Shown here: piece after piece, positions 8,619 to 18,137 of the stretch
Numbering within the stretch: position 1 is the first letter of the stretch
Layout: every line of letters begins with the position of its first letter
From: Bacteroidia bacterium
GTDB taxonomy: Bacteria; Bacteroidota; Bacteroidia; Flavobacteriales; Flavobacteriaceae
Reading direction: 5' to 3'
NCBI GenBank assembly: GCA_030427985.1
Contig: JAUIBH010000005.1
Span: 11,766-75,765 of the forward strand
Length of the DNA stretch: 64,000 bases
Notes under the pieces: model-generated
Told to the model about the DNA's origin: nothing
The model's input: the letters and a program-made list of their open reading frames with translations, nothing else
The model's database searches: none
Made by a program: the position numbers and the translations under genes

Positions 8619-9572
8619 TTAAAACACCTCCTTGGCAACCGCTTTGATATTATCTGATTTTCCCATGGAATAATAATGCAAAACAGGTACTCCCGCTTCC
8701 TTGAGTTCCTTGGACTGTGCTATACACCACTCCACCCCTACTTGGCGCACCTCCTTGTTGGTCTTGCAGGCTTCAACGGCATCCACCAAATCTTGTGGAA
8801 TATCAACTCGAAACACTTGGGGGAGCAATTGTAAATGTCTTTTTACAGCAATAGGCTTAATGCCGGGAATAATAGGCACATTAATGCCCATTTCGCGAGC
8901 GGCCTCCACAAAGGCAAAGAACTTTTTATTATCAAAAAACATCTGGGTCACCACATAATCTGCACCCAGTTCCACTTTTTCCTTCAACCGCTTTATATCG
9001 GATTTTAAAGAAGGGGCTTCCATATGCTTTTCGGGATACCCTGCTACGCCAATGCAAAAATTGGAACAGTCATCGGTCTCTATGACTTCATGTAGATAAT
9101 TTCCAGTATTGATATCCTGGATTTGTTTCACTAATTGCGATGCATATTGGTGTCCTCCTTTTGTGGGGGAAAAATATTTTTCCTCCTTCATGGCATCACC
9201 TCTCAGGGCCATCACATTCTCAATGCCCAAATAATGGCAATCCACCAACAAATACTCGGTTTCCTCTTTGGTAAAACCGCCACAAAGCACATGGGGTACG
9301 GTATCTACATCATATTTGTGCTTGATAGAGGCACAGATACCCAAAGTTCCAGGTCGCATACGGGTCAATTTCTTGTCCAACAGCCCATCCCGATCAATAT
9401 ACACATACTCTTCCCGAGAGGTTGTTACATCAATGAATGGAGGTTTAAATTCCATCAAAGGGTCAATGTTGTTGTACAGTTCTTGAATACTCTTCCCCTT
9501 TACCGGAGGTATGATTTCAAAACTAAAAAGCGTTTTTCCTTTTGCTTTTTTAATGTGGTCTATTACTTTCAT
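8619..9572 (-). CDS. metF: 5,10-methylenetetrahydrofolate reductase
   Basis: FSFEIIPP, ALRGD, VAGYPEKH and VTQMFFD motifs. Co-transcribed with metH. Confidence 0.95.
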   Translation of the reverse strand: MKVIDHIKKAKGKTLFSFEIIPPVKGKSIQELYNNIDPLMEFKPPFIDVTTSREEYVYIDRDGLLDKKLTRMRPGTLGICASIKHKYDVDTVPHVLCGGFTKEETEYLLVDCHYLGIENVMALRGDAMKEEKYFSPTKGGHQYASQLVKQIQDINTGNYLHEVIETDDCSNFCIGVAGYPEKHMEAPSLKSDIKRLKEKVELGADYVVTQMFFDNKKFFAFVEAAREMGINVPIIPGIKPIAVKRHLQLLPQVFRVDIPQDLVDAVEACKTNKEVRQVGVEWCIAQSKELKEAGVPVLHYYSMGKSDNIKAVAKEVF

Positions 9573-9575
9573 CTG

Positions 9576-12275
9576 TTATTCGTCAACTATATTGGGAGCC
9601 AGCCATTTTTGGGCTTTCTCCAGTTTTATGTTTTTTCTTTGGGCAAAATCCGCCACTTGATCTTGCTTTATTTTTCCCAACCCAAAATATTTGGACTGTG
9701 GATGTGCAAAATAATAGCCACTAACGCTGGCAGCGGGCCACATGGCCAAACTATCGGTTAACTTTACCCCGATTTTCTCCTCCACCTCCATCATGTTCCA
9801 AATGGTCAATTTCTCCAAATGGTCAGGGCAGGCCGGATAACCGGGTGCTGGGCGGATTCCTCTATACTTTTCCTTGATCAGTGCTTCGTTGTCCAAGGTC
9901 TCATCAACAGCATAACCCCAATAGTTGGTCCGGACTTCTTTGTGCAGGTATTCCGCTAAGGCTTCTGCCAAACGATCGGCCAAAGCTTTGATCATAATGG
10001 AATTATAATCATCATGATTTTTTTCGAACTCAGCCGCCAACTCTTGGGTACCGAATCCCGTGCTTACACAAAAACAGCCGATGTAATCTTGAATTCCCGA
10101 ATCTTTTGGGGCGATAAAATCCGCTAAGGCGATATTGGGAACGCCTTCTCGCTTTTTCAATTGTTGGCGAAGGGTTCGGAAGATAAAAGTTTCACTAGTG
10201 TCGTTCTGGACTCCGCTCGAACTGACAACTTCAATATCATCTTCGCTAACCTGATTGGCGGGGAACAGCCCAAAAATAGCCTTAGCTTTCAATAATTTTT
10301 CATCCAACACTTTATTCAAAAGCTCCTTCGCATCTTTGAAAAGTTCCTTGGCTTGCTCGCCAACCACTTCATCGGTCAAAATATCTGGATATTTTCCGTG
10401 CAGATCCCAACTTCGGAAAAATGGGGACCAATCAATAAATTCTTCCAGTTTGGTCAAATCAAAATCTTCCCAAACCTCAATACCCAATTGGTTTGGCTTT
10501 TTTATGTCTGATGGGTTCCAATCGATTTGAAGTTTATTTTCCCTGGCCTGCTCCAAAGTCAAATACTCTTTTTGCTTGCCGCGCTTCAAAAATTTCTCTC
10601 GAAAGCTCTCGTAATCCAGTTTGATGGATTTTTTATACTTGACAGAAGTCTCATCCTGAAGCAAATCACCCACCACCGTTACCGCTCTGGAAGCATCGTT
10701 CACATGTACCACAGCTTGACTGTATTGCGGGTCGATTTTAACAGCAGTATGGGCTTTACTTGTAGTGGCACCACCAATCAAAAGGGGAACATCAAAATCT
10801 TGACGTTCCATCTCCTTGGCCAAAAACACCATCTCATCCAGTGATGGGGTTATCAATCCGCTTAAGCCAATAATGTCCACTTGTTCTTCCTTGGCTTTGT
10901 TTATGATTTTTTCGGGTGGCACCATCACTCCCAAATCTACAATTTCGTAGTTGTTACAGGCCAGTACCACACTTACAATATTCTTTCCGATATCGTGCAC
11001 ATCCCCCTTCACAGTGGCCATCAAAATTTTTCCTGCGGCCTTGGCGTTTTTGTCTTTTGATGCTTCAATATAGGGTGTTAGATAGGCTACAGCTTTTTTC
11101 ATCACCCTGGCGGATTTTACCACTTGTGGCAAAAACATTTTTCCACTTCCGAAAAGGTCACCAACCACATTCATGCCGGTCATCAAGTTACCCTCGATTA
11201 CTTGTAGGGGCTTGGCCGCCTGTTGACGGGCTTCTTCTACATCTTCGATGATATATTGATCAATCCCCTTGACCAAGGCCCGGGTAATGCGGTCTTGAAG
11301 TGGTTCCTCTCTCCAAGATAAATCTACTTTGGATTCTTTTTTGGAACCCACAACAGTCTCCGCAAACTCCAATAATCTTTCTGTGGCATCGTCCCGTCTA
11401 TCCAAAAGTACGTCTTCAACATATTCCAACAAGTCCTTGGGAATGTCATCGTAGACCTCCAGCATGGTCGGGTTTACAATGCCTATGTTCATCCCCGCTT
11501 TAATGGCGTGGAACAAAAAGGCTGAGTTGATGGCCTCACGTACTGGGTTATTCCCCCTAAATGAAAAGGAAACGTTGCTCACTCCACCACTGACACTGCA
11601 ATAGGGAAGGTTTTCCTTAACCCAACGGGTGGCCTCAATAAAATCAACAGCATTACGCCGATGCTCTTCCATTCCCGTGGCCACCGGGAAAATATTCAGG
11701 TCGAAAATGATGTCTTCAGGAGGAAAGTTAACCTTGTTGACCAAAACATCGTAAGATCGCTTTGCTATCTCAATCCGGCGTTCCAAGTTATCAGCCTGGC
11801 CCACTTCGTCAAAAGCCATAACAATGACTGCAGCACCGTAGCGCTTGATCAATTTGGCATGGCGAATGAATTCTTCTTCACCTTCCTTAAGGCTGATGGA
11901 ATTTACCACACATTTACCTTGCACCACTTGCAATCCGGCCTCAATAATTTCCCATTTGGAACTATCGATCATGATGGGCACACGGGCAATATCGGGCTCG
12001 GAAACAATAAGATTTAAAAACTTGACCATGGCCTCCTTACCATCGATCAACCCATCATCCATGTTCACATCGATAATCTGGGCGCCACCGTCCACTTGAT
12101 CTCGGGCAACATCAAGGGCTTCATCAAATTTATCTTCTTTGATGAGCCTTAAAAACCGTTTGGAACCGGCCACATTGGTACGTTCCCCCACATTGATGAA
12201 ATTACTTTCCGGGGTGATTACCAGGGGTTCAAGACCGCTTAGTTTCAAGTAACGTTGTTCGTTCTCTCTTGCCAT
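9576..12275 (-). CDS. metH: B12-dependent methionine synthase, pterin-binding + cobalamin-binding + activation domains (split gene, C-terminal part)
   Basis: [17 protein letters not shown] cobalamin motif, SGLITPS and [12 protein letters not shown]. Confidence 0.96.
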   Translation of the reverse strand: MARENEQRYLKLSGLEPLVITPESNFINVGERTNVAGSKRFLRLIKEDKFDEALDVARDQVDGGAQIIDVNMDDGLIDGKEAMVKFLNLIVSEPDIARVPIMIDSSKWEIIEAGLQVVQGKCVVNSISLKEGEEEFIRHAKLIKRYGAAVIVMAFDEVGQADNLERRIEIAKRSYDVLVNKVNFPPEDIIFDLNIFPVATGMEEHRRNAVDFIEATRWVKENLPYCSVSGGVSNVSFSFRGNNPVREAINSAFLFHAIKAGMNIGIVNPTMLEVYDDIPKDLLEYVEDVLLDRRDDATERLLEFAETVVGSKKESKVDLSWREEPLQDRITRALVKGIDQYIIEDVEEARQQAAKPLQVIEGNLMTGMNVVGDLFGSGKMFLPQVVKSARVMKKAVAYLTPYIEASKDKNAKAAGKILMATVKGDVHDIGKNIVSVVLACNNYEIVDLGVMVPPEKIINKAKEEQVDIIGLSGLITPSLDEMVFLAKEMERQDFDVPLLIGGATTSKAHTAVKIDPQYSQAVVHVNDASRAVTVVGDLLQDETSVKYKKSIKLDYESFREKFLKRGKQKEYLTLEQARENKLQIDWNPSDIKKPNQLGIEVWEDFDLTKLEEFIDWSPFFRSWDLHGKYPDILTDEVVGEQAKELFKDAKELLNKVLDEKLLKAKAIFGLFPANQVSEDDIEVVSSSGVQNDTSETFIFRTLRQQLKKREGVPNIALADFIAPKDSGIQDYIGCFCVSTGFGTQELAAEFEKNHDDYNSIMIKALADRLAEALAEYLHKEVRTNYWGYAVDETLDNEALIKEKYRGIRPAPGYPACPDHLEKLTIWNMMEVEEKIGVKLTDSLAMWPAASVSGYYFAHPQSKYFGLGKIKQDQVADFAQRKNIKLEKAQKWLAPNIVDE
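10203..10226 (-). repeat. Palindromic REP-like element in-frame within the MetH activation domain (encodes VSSSGVQN)
   Basis: GTCAGTTCGAGCGGAGTCCAGAAC shares the GAGCGGAGTC core with the intergenic copy at 17320. Confidence 0.75.
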
Positions 12276-12285
12276 AAATCTTAAA

Positions 12286-13287
12286 CTATGCCGGAATCAA
12301 CAATTTTCTGGGTTCATAATCTTTGACCACATCAGCAATGGCCTTGATGTGTTCTGGGGTGGTACCACAACATCCCCCCACAATATTCACCAAGCCTTTT
12401 TCTACATACTCTTTTATTTGAATTGCCATCTGTTCCGGAGTCTCATCATACTCTCCAAAGGCATTGGGCAATCCTGCATTGGGGTGTGCCGAAGTAGCAA
12501 ATTCTGATTTTGCAGAAATTACTTCCAAGTGTGGCACCAGTTGTTTGGCCCCCAAAGCACAGTTGAATCCAACCGACAGGATTGGGATATGGGAAATCGA
12601 AATCAGGAAAGCTTCAGCGGTTTGTCCGGACAAGGTTCTTCCCGACGCATCAGTAATGGTCCCGCTGACCATCACGGGCACTTCTATGTTTCGCTCGTCT
12701 TTTACTTCTTCAATGGCGAAAAGTGCTGCTTTGGCATTCAATGTATCAAAGATGGTTTCTACCAATAAAATATCAACACCTCCATCCAGCAGGGCTTCAA
12801 CTTGCTGTTTGTAGGCGATACGGAGTTCATCAAAAGAAATGGCTCGGAAACCTGGATCGTTCACATCCGGTGACATACTGGCCGTTTTGTTGGTCGGCCC
12901 AATGCTGCCGGCTACAAATCGGGGTTTACTTGGGTCCTTTTTGGTAAACTCTTCCGCCACTTGCTTTGCAATCTTGGCGGATTCAAGATTAAGTTCATAC
13001 ACCAATTCTTCCATACCGTAATCTGCCATACCAATGGTTGTACCTGAAAATGTATTGGTCTCGAGAATATCTGCTCCAGCTTCCAAAAATTTTCGGTGGA
13101 TTTCTTTCACAGCATTGGGCTGGGTCAAGGACAGTAAATCGTTGTTGCCCTGCAAATCGCTGGGCCAATCTTTAAATCGGTCACCTCTAAAATCTGCTTC
13201 TGTAAATTTATAGCGCTGCAACATAGTGCCCATGGCCCCATCTAGGACCAAGATTCGTTTTTGCAGAATGTCTTCAATTTTTTCCAT
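12286..13287 (-). CDS. metH: Methionine synthase homocysteine S-methyltransferase domain (split metH, N-terminal part)
   Basis: LDGAMGT, GFNCALG, PNAGLPN and the GGCCGTT zinc ligands. Confidence 0.95.
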   Translation of the reverse strand: MEKIEDILQKRILVLDGAMGTMLQRYKFTEADFRGDRFKDWPSDLQGNNDLLSLTQPNAVKEIHRKFLEAGADILETNTFSGTTIGMADYGMEELVYELNLESAKIAKQVAEEFTKKDPSKPRFVAGSIGPTNKTASMSPDVNDPGFRAISFDELRIAYKQQVEALLDGGVDILLVETIFDTLNAKAALFAIEEVKDERNIEVPVMVSGTITDASGRTLSGQTAEAFLISISHIPILSVGFNCALGAKQLVPHLEVISAKSEFATSAHPNAGLPNAFGEYDETPEQMAIQIKEYVEKGLVNIVGGCCGTTPEHIKAIADVVKDYEPRKLLIPA

Positions 13288-13362
13288 ACTAATATCTTCC
13301 TTAAAAAAAGGATATGGCTATATCAAGAAAGTGTGAAAAATACTGTTGGAGCGTATTCTTTT

Positions 13363-13456
13363 GTTATCCTTCCCAATGGGTAGAATGTAGCACCTTCTCG
13401 AAGTCGAGGGTTGCTAAGGCTTCACAGGGTCCAGTCCCTCCACCTTTCTTGATAAC
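13363..13456 (-). ncRNA. SAM-I (S-box) riboswitch upstream of the metH-metH-metF operon
   Basis: Minus strand GTTATCAAGAAAGGTGGAGGGACTGGACCCTGTGAAGCCTTAGCAACC...AAGGTGCTACATTC...GATAAC. P1 is GTTATC/GATAAC, with the conserved ATC, GAGGGA, GCAACC and GGTGC elements. Confidence 0.93.
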
Positions 13457-13513
13457 CATTTCAAGTTTTACATGAACTAGGGTGCAAATTAACGGCACTA
13501 GGGAATGAAAAGC

Positions 13514-13552
13514 AAAAAATGAGCCGCTAATTTTCATAGTAGCGGCTCATTT
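13514..13552 (-). terminator. Intrinsic terminator after the SDR gene
   Basis: 13-bp stem AAATGAGCCGCTA/TAGCGGCTCATTT with a U tract on the minus strand. Confidence 0.8.
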
Positions 13553-13572
13553 GTATCATATATAACAAAAAA

Positions 13573-14334
13573 TTAAACCATCATGCCTCCAGAAACTTCA
13601 ATACGTTGTGCATTGACCCATTTAGCATCATCAGTACATAGAAAAGCAACTACACCACCAATATCGCTGGGGATACCCACACGGCCCAAGGCCGTAAAAT
13701 TGGCAATGGCGGTTCTTTTGCCTTCATCATTTTTGTTGGTTCCTCCGCCAAAGTCCGTTTCAATGGCACCAGGTGCCACAACATTTGACCTGATTTTACG
13801 AGCTCCCAATTCTTTGGCTTGATATCGGGTAAGTGCCTCTACTGCCGCTTTCATGGAACCATATACGGCATATCCAGGGAATGAAAAACGGGCCAACCCA
13901 CTGGAAATATTTACGATTCCCCCACCATCAGCAAGAATTGGTAATAATTTTTGGGTGAGGAAAAATGTCCCTTTAAAATGAATGTCCACAAGGGCATCAA
14001 ATTGTTCTTCAGTAGTTTCAACAATCGGTGCATTAATTCCAATCCCAGCATTGTTGATCAAGAAATCTATCCTTTCTGCCCCAAAATGGGAACTCACTAC
14101 TTTTTCAACCTCATCCACAAATCCGTCAAAACTTTGGTTTTCAGCCACATCCAGTTGCAATGCGTAGGCCTTTTGACCTATTTTTTCAATTTCACTTACC
14201 GTTTTATCAGCTTCTTCTTTATTACTGCGGTAGGTCAGCAATACGTTCAATCCTTTTTTGGCTAGGTTGATGGCCATATCCTCTCCGAGTCCTCGACTGC
14301 CACCTGTTACCAATGCTATTTTCTCTTTGCTCAT
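13573..14334 (-). CDS. Short-chain dehydrogenase/reductase (SDR), paralog 1
   Basis: TGGSRGLG, NNAG and YGSMK (YxxxK). Start moved to the ATG of MSKEKIAL. Confidence 0.93.
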   Translation of the reverse strand: MSKEKIALVTGGSRGLGEDMAINLAKKGLNVLLTYRSNKEEADKTVSEIEKIGQKAYALQLDVAENQSFDGFVDEVEKVVSSHFGAERIDFLINNAGIGINAPIVETTEEQFDALVDIHFKGTFFLTQKLLPILADGGGIVNISSGLARFSFPGYAVYGSMKAAVEALTRYQAKELGARKIRSNVVAPGAIETDFGGGTNKNDEGKRTAIANFTALGRVGIPSDIGGVVAFLCTDDAKWVNAQRIEVSGGMMV

Positions 14335-14358
14335 TTTATTTGATTTTTGATTACAAAG

Positions 14359-14423
14359 CAAAATTAGAGTAGCATGCTTGGGCTAGGTTGCAAGCATCAA
14401 ACGGTTTTTTGTAAAAATCAAAC
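14359..14423 (-). promoter_or_regulatory. -7 box (TAATTTTG, 14359-14366) and 21-bp-spaced direct repeat, candidate AraC site
   Basis: TGCAAGCATCAAAC (14389-14402) and TGTAAAAATCAAAC (14410-14423). Confidence 0.5.
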
Positions 14424-14448
14424 AATAGAGGAATAAAGGCTGATCGAA

Positions 14449-15210
14449 TCAAATCATAGCACCGCCAGTGACCTCAATGCGTTGTGCATTCACCCACTTT
14501 GCATCTTCAGTGCATAAAAAAGCAACGACACCACCAATGTCATCGGGTCTTCCCACACGGCCCAAAGCCGTTCCCTGAATAATGAATCCTCGTTTTGTTT
14601 CATTGGTTTTGTTCTCCCCACCGCCAAAATCAGTTTCAATAGCGCCAGGTGCCACTGTGTTGGCTGTAATTTTACGAGGACCCAATTCCTTGGCCAAGTA
14701 TCGGGTAAAAACCTCAACGGCTCCTTTCATGGCTGCATAGGCCGAAGCTGTTGGGAATGCATACCGTACCAATCCAGATGAAATATTGATGATTCGGCCA
14801 CCATCATTGAGATATGGAAGCGCTTTTTGCGTGAAGAAATAAACACCCTTAAAATGAATATTGCACATCTCATCAAATTGCTCTTCCGTTGTGGTTGCAA
14901 TAGGCTCATAAACCCCGGTTCCGGCATTATTGATTAAAAAATCAAAATTCGCGCTGCCTTTCTCTTTCTCCAAAACGCCACCGAGCTCTTCAAAAAAAGC
15001 AGCAAAGGTTTCTATTTTCAGTGTATCCAATTGCAGGGCATATCCCCATTGACCTTCATTTTTAATTTGATCGACTACCTCATCCGCACTTGTTTTAGCG
15101 GTATGATAAGTAATCACCACATCAATTCCTTTTTTGGCCAAATTGATGGCCATATCAGCACCAAGACCTCTACTACCTCCAGTGACCAATGCTATTTTAC
15201 TGTTTGACAT
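14449..15210 (-). CDS. Short-chain dehydrogenase/reductase (SDR), paralog 2
   Basis: TGGSRGLG, NNAG and YAAMK. Highly similar to paralog 1. Confidence 0.93.
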   Translation of the reverse strand: MSNSKIALVTGGSRGLGADMAINLAKKGIDVVITYHTAKTSADEVVDQIKNEGQWGYALQLDTLKIETFAAFFEELGGVLEKEKGSANFDFLINNAGTGVYEPIATTTEEQFDEMCNIHFKGVYFFTQKALPYLNDGGRIINISSGLVRYAFPTASAYAAMKGAVEVFTRYLAKELGPRKITANTVAPGAIETDFGGGENKTNETKRGFIIQGTALGRVGRPDDIGGVVAFLCTEDAKWVNAQRIEVTGGAMI

Positions 15211-15226
15211 TTTAATGTTTTAAAAA

Positions 15227-16144
15227 TTATACCAACGTCCTGTTCCTGAAATTCAAAGGAGATTGCTCTGCGCGTTTTTTGAAGAAATTGGAAAAATGGG
15301 CCACCTCTTCAAAGCCCAAGCTAAAGGCAATTTCAGAAATATTCCAATCTGTATTGTTGAGCAATATTTTGGCCTCCTCAAAGATTCGGGAATGGATAAT
15401 GGCTGTGGTGGTACTCCCCGTAGTTTCTTTCAAAACCTTATTTAAATGATTGGCATGTACCGCCAAACGTTCAGCAAAATCGTTGGCTGTTTTCAATCCC
15501 AATCGTTGTGCCGGGGAATTTATGGGGAATTGACGTTCCAACAACTCCACAAACAAATCGGTAATTCTTGTTGCCGCATTTTTACCGTTTTCAAGGGGTT
15601 CCACTGGGTTCAATTTTTGACCCAAGTGCAAGAGTTCAATCACATACGCTCTGATTAAATCAAATTTATAGGCATAGTCCGAGGAAAGTTCTTGATATAT
15701 CTTCTTGAAGAGTTGTTCCAACTCCACGTAATTATCATCCGAAATCGTAAAAATGGGATACCCTCCTGGTTGAAAAAGTGGTAAGTTATCGAGAATCACC
15801 CCACTTTTATCCTTGGACAAAAAAGTATCGGTGAATACGCAGAAATACCCGGATTGATTTCCATCCAACGGAACATAACGATAGGGGATTTTTGGAGAAG
15901 CAAACAACAAAGCCTTATTGTCAATATGAATTGACTTATCGGCATACTCTGCTTTGTTACGCCCATTGATCAGACTGATCTTAAAGTAGGATCGCTGATC
16001 GTATCGCATTTCACCTTTGTCCAACCGTGTACGATATTCATCAATCTTAAAAACATTAAAGTGCCCCACATCCTTTCCGATATTTTCCGGAATGGGAAGA
16101 CTGAGCTTGCTGTAAAAATCGCGTAAGGTGAACAGACTCTGCAT
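15227..16144 (-). CDS. AraC-family transcriptional regulator
   Basis: C-terminal double HTH (FAERLAVHANHLNKVLKETTG...ISEIAFSLGFEEVAHFSNFFKK). Start set at MQSLF. Confidence 0.92.
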   Translation of the reverse strand: MQSLFTLRDFYSKLSLPIPENIGKDVGHFNVFKIDEYRTRLDKGEMRYDQRSYFKISLINGRNKAEYADKSIHIDNKALLFASPKIPYRYVPLDGNQSGYFCVFTDTFLSKDKSGVILDNLPLFQPGGYPIFTISDDNYVELEQLFKKIYQELSSDYAYKFDLIRAYVIELLHLGQKLNPVEPLENGKNAATRITDLFVELLERQFPINSPAQRLGLKTANDFAERLAVHANHLNKVLKETTGSTTTAIIHSRIFEEAKILLNNTDWNISEIAFSLGFEEVAHFSNFFKKRAEQSPLNFRNRTLV

Positions 16145-16172
16145 AAAATTGTAAAATTCAAATATAACCCAT

Positions 16173-16207
16173 AAAAAAACACCTTCCCAAACTGCTTCGG
16201 GAAGGTG
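16173..16207 (-). terminator. Intrinsic terminator after the FNR gene
   Basis: Stem CACCTTCCC/GGGAAGGTG with a U7 tract on the minus strand. Confidence 0.75.
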
Positions 16208-16230
16208 CTTTATCAACGTTTGATTTTACA

Positions 16231-17292
16231 CTAATTGATACTTTGTACCACTTCTTTTTTGGCTTCTTTTTTGGAACCATCAAATCCTTCAACACCACCC
16301 ACAGTGGTATATTTCATCACAAATCGTTTATCAGGATTGATAATCTGGTAAGCAAACTGGCACATTACCGCTGCTTCGTGGAATCCAGACAAAATCAGCT
16401 TTAATTTTCCAGGATAGGTGTTTACATCACCAATGGCAAATACACCGGGAATATTGGTTTGATAATCCTTGGCATTGTTCACCTTAATGGCATTTTTCTC
16501 AATTTCCAAGCCCCAGCTTCCGATGGGTCCCAATTTTGGGGAAAGTCCAAAAAGTGGAATAAAGAAGTCGGTCTCTACGTAAGTCTGCTCCTTTTCTTCA
16601 TCATTGTATTTGATCACCACTGCATGCAGATCATCTTTACCATGAATTTCCTTTACCTCGGCTTCGGTGTACAACTGAATTTTGCCCAATTTGGCCAACT
16701 CTCGTGCTTTTTCCACGGAATCCAATGCACCCCTAAATTCATTTCTTCGGTGAACCAAGGAAACTTCTGAAGCCACATCGGCCAAGAAAATAGCCCAATC
16801 CAAAGCAGAGTCACCACCCCCGGAAATCACTACTTTCTTATCGCGAAACTGCTCAGGATCCTTGATCATGTATTCCACACCCTTGCTTTCAAAGAGCCCA
16901 ATATTCGGAATCAATGGTTTTCTAGGTTCAAAAGAGCCCAATCCACCCGCGATAACAACAACAGGTGCATGGTGTTTGGTTCCTTTGGTCGTAGTTACGA
17001 TGAACGAACCGTCTTCTTGCTTTTCCAAGGTTTCTGCACGTTCACCCAAGGTAAAACCAGGTTCAAAAGGTTTTATCTGCTCCATTAATCGGTCTACCAA
17101 ATCTCCTGCTAAAATCTCTGGATACGCTGGAATATCATAAATAGGTTTTTTGGGATAAATCTCTGAACATTGCCCTCCAGGTTGTGCCAAAGCATCAATC
17201 AAATGGCATTTCAACTTTAACAATCCTGCTTCAAAAACGGTGAACAATCCTGTTGGTCCTGCTCCAATAATTAGTATGTCTGTTTTAATCAT
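16231..17292 (-). CDS. Thioredoxin-reductase-like ferredoxin/flavodoxin-NADP(+) reductase
   Basis: IGAGPTG, GGQC...YPKKPIYDIP, GGGDSALD, HRR and GD..YPGK motifs. No CxxC. Confidence 0.88.
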   Translation of the reverse strand: MIKTDILIIGAGPTGLFTVFEAGLLKLKCHLIDALAQPGGQCSEIYPKKPIYDIPAYPEILAGDLVDRLMEQIKPFEPGFTLGERAETLEKQEDGSFIVTTTKGTKHHAPVVVIAGGLGSFEPRKPLIPNIGLFESKGVEYMIKDPEQFRDKKVVISGGGDSALDWAIFLADVASEVSLVHRRNEFRGALDSVEKARELAKLGKIQLYTEAEVKEIHGKDDLHAVVIKYNDEEKEQTYVETDFFIPLFGLSPKLGPIGSWGLEIEKNAIKVNNAKDYQTNIPGVFAIGDVNTYPGKLKLILSGFHEAAVMCQFAYQIINPDKRFVMKYTTVGGVEGFDGSKKEAKKEVVQSIN

Positions 17293-17319
17293 AATTTTGC
17301 TTTAAATAGTCCTTTAGTC

Positions 17320-17342
17320 CCCTTCGACTCCGCTCAGGGTAC
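17320..17342 (-). repeat. Intergenic palindromic REP-like element
   Basis: Minus strand GTACCCTGAGCGGAGTCGAAGGG. Confidence 0.8.
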
Positions 17343-17360
17343 TATTTAGGCCTGACAGTT

Positions 17361-18137
17361 TTATACTTTTTCAAACAATTCTTTTCCTTTGGTTTGATAT
17401 TCTCTTTGAATATCCAATATTTTTTGACGGTGCTTTACCACCTCTCCGATGATAATTATGGCAGGATTGGCCAACTGCTGCCCCTTTGCCTTGTGCTCAA
17501 TAGAAGCAACAGTACCAATTCCCACTTTTTCGTTGTCCGTGGTCCCATTTTGAATAATGGCCACAGGCGTATTTTGTTTTCCCTCTTCTTTGAAGAGTTC
17601 CATGATTTCTCCCAATTTGGACATTCCCATAAGAATGACAACCGTAGCGTTGGACTTTGCTGCCAAGGCCACATCCTTGGATAATTTATGCTCTTTTGTA
17701 GTGCCCGTTATCACCCAAAAACTTTCAGCTGCTCCTCTTTTGGTCACAGGAATGTTTTGTGAAGCTGGCACGGATACTGAGGACGAAATCCCAGGCACCA
17801 CAGCTACATCAATACCTTTTTGTGCTGCATACTCCATTTCTTCGGCTCCGCGTCCAAAAACAAAAGGATCACCTCCTTTTAAACGAACCACATGCCTGCC
17901 TTCGGAAGCTCGTTGCACAATCAACTCATTGATTTGCTCTTGTTGATATCGATAACACCCTTTTCGCTTACCCACAAAAATGTGTTCTGCATTGGGAGCA
18001 TATTCCAACAAGGCTGAATCCACCAAAGCATCATACAGCACAACATCTGCACACTCCAAGGCTTTGATGCCTTTTAGGGTAATCAGTTCCAAATCCCCGG
18101 GTCCGGCCCCTACTACTGTCAACTTTCCACTACGCAT
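17361..18137 (-). CDS. cobA: Uroporphyrinogen-III C-methyltransferase (siroheme pathway)
   Basis: VGAGPGD, LYDALV and RLKGGDPFVFGRG. The likely start MRSGK at 18137 overlaps the upstream stop. Confidence 0.94.
   Translation of the reverse strand: MRSGKLTVVGAGPGDLELITLKGIKALECADVVLYDALVDSALLEYAPNAEHIFVGKRKGCYRYQQEQINELIVQRASEGRHVVRLKGGDPFVFGRGAEEMEYAAQKGIDVAVVPGISSSVSVPASQNIPVTKRGAAESFWVITGTTKEHKLSKDVALAAKSNATVVILMGMSKLGEIMELFKEEGKQNTPVAIIQNGTTDNEKVGIGTVASIEHKAKGQQLANPAIIIIGEVVKHRQKILDIQREYQTKGKELFEKV

Noticed and set aside
9576-13287. metH split into two genes, a possible pseudogenisation
   Set aside because: Both parts are intact, 10 bp apart, and split at a domain boundary. This arrangement is common in Bacteroidota.
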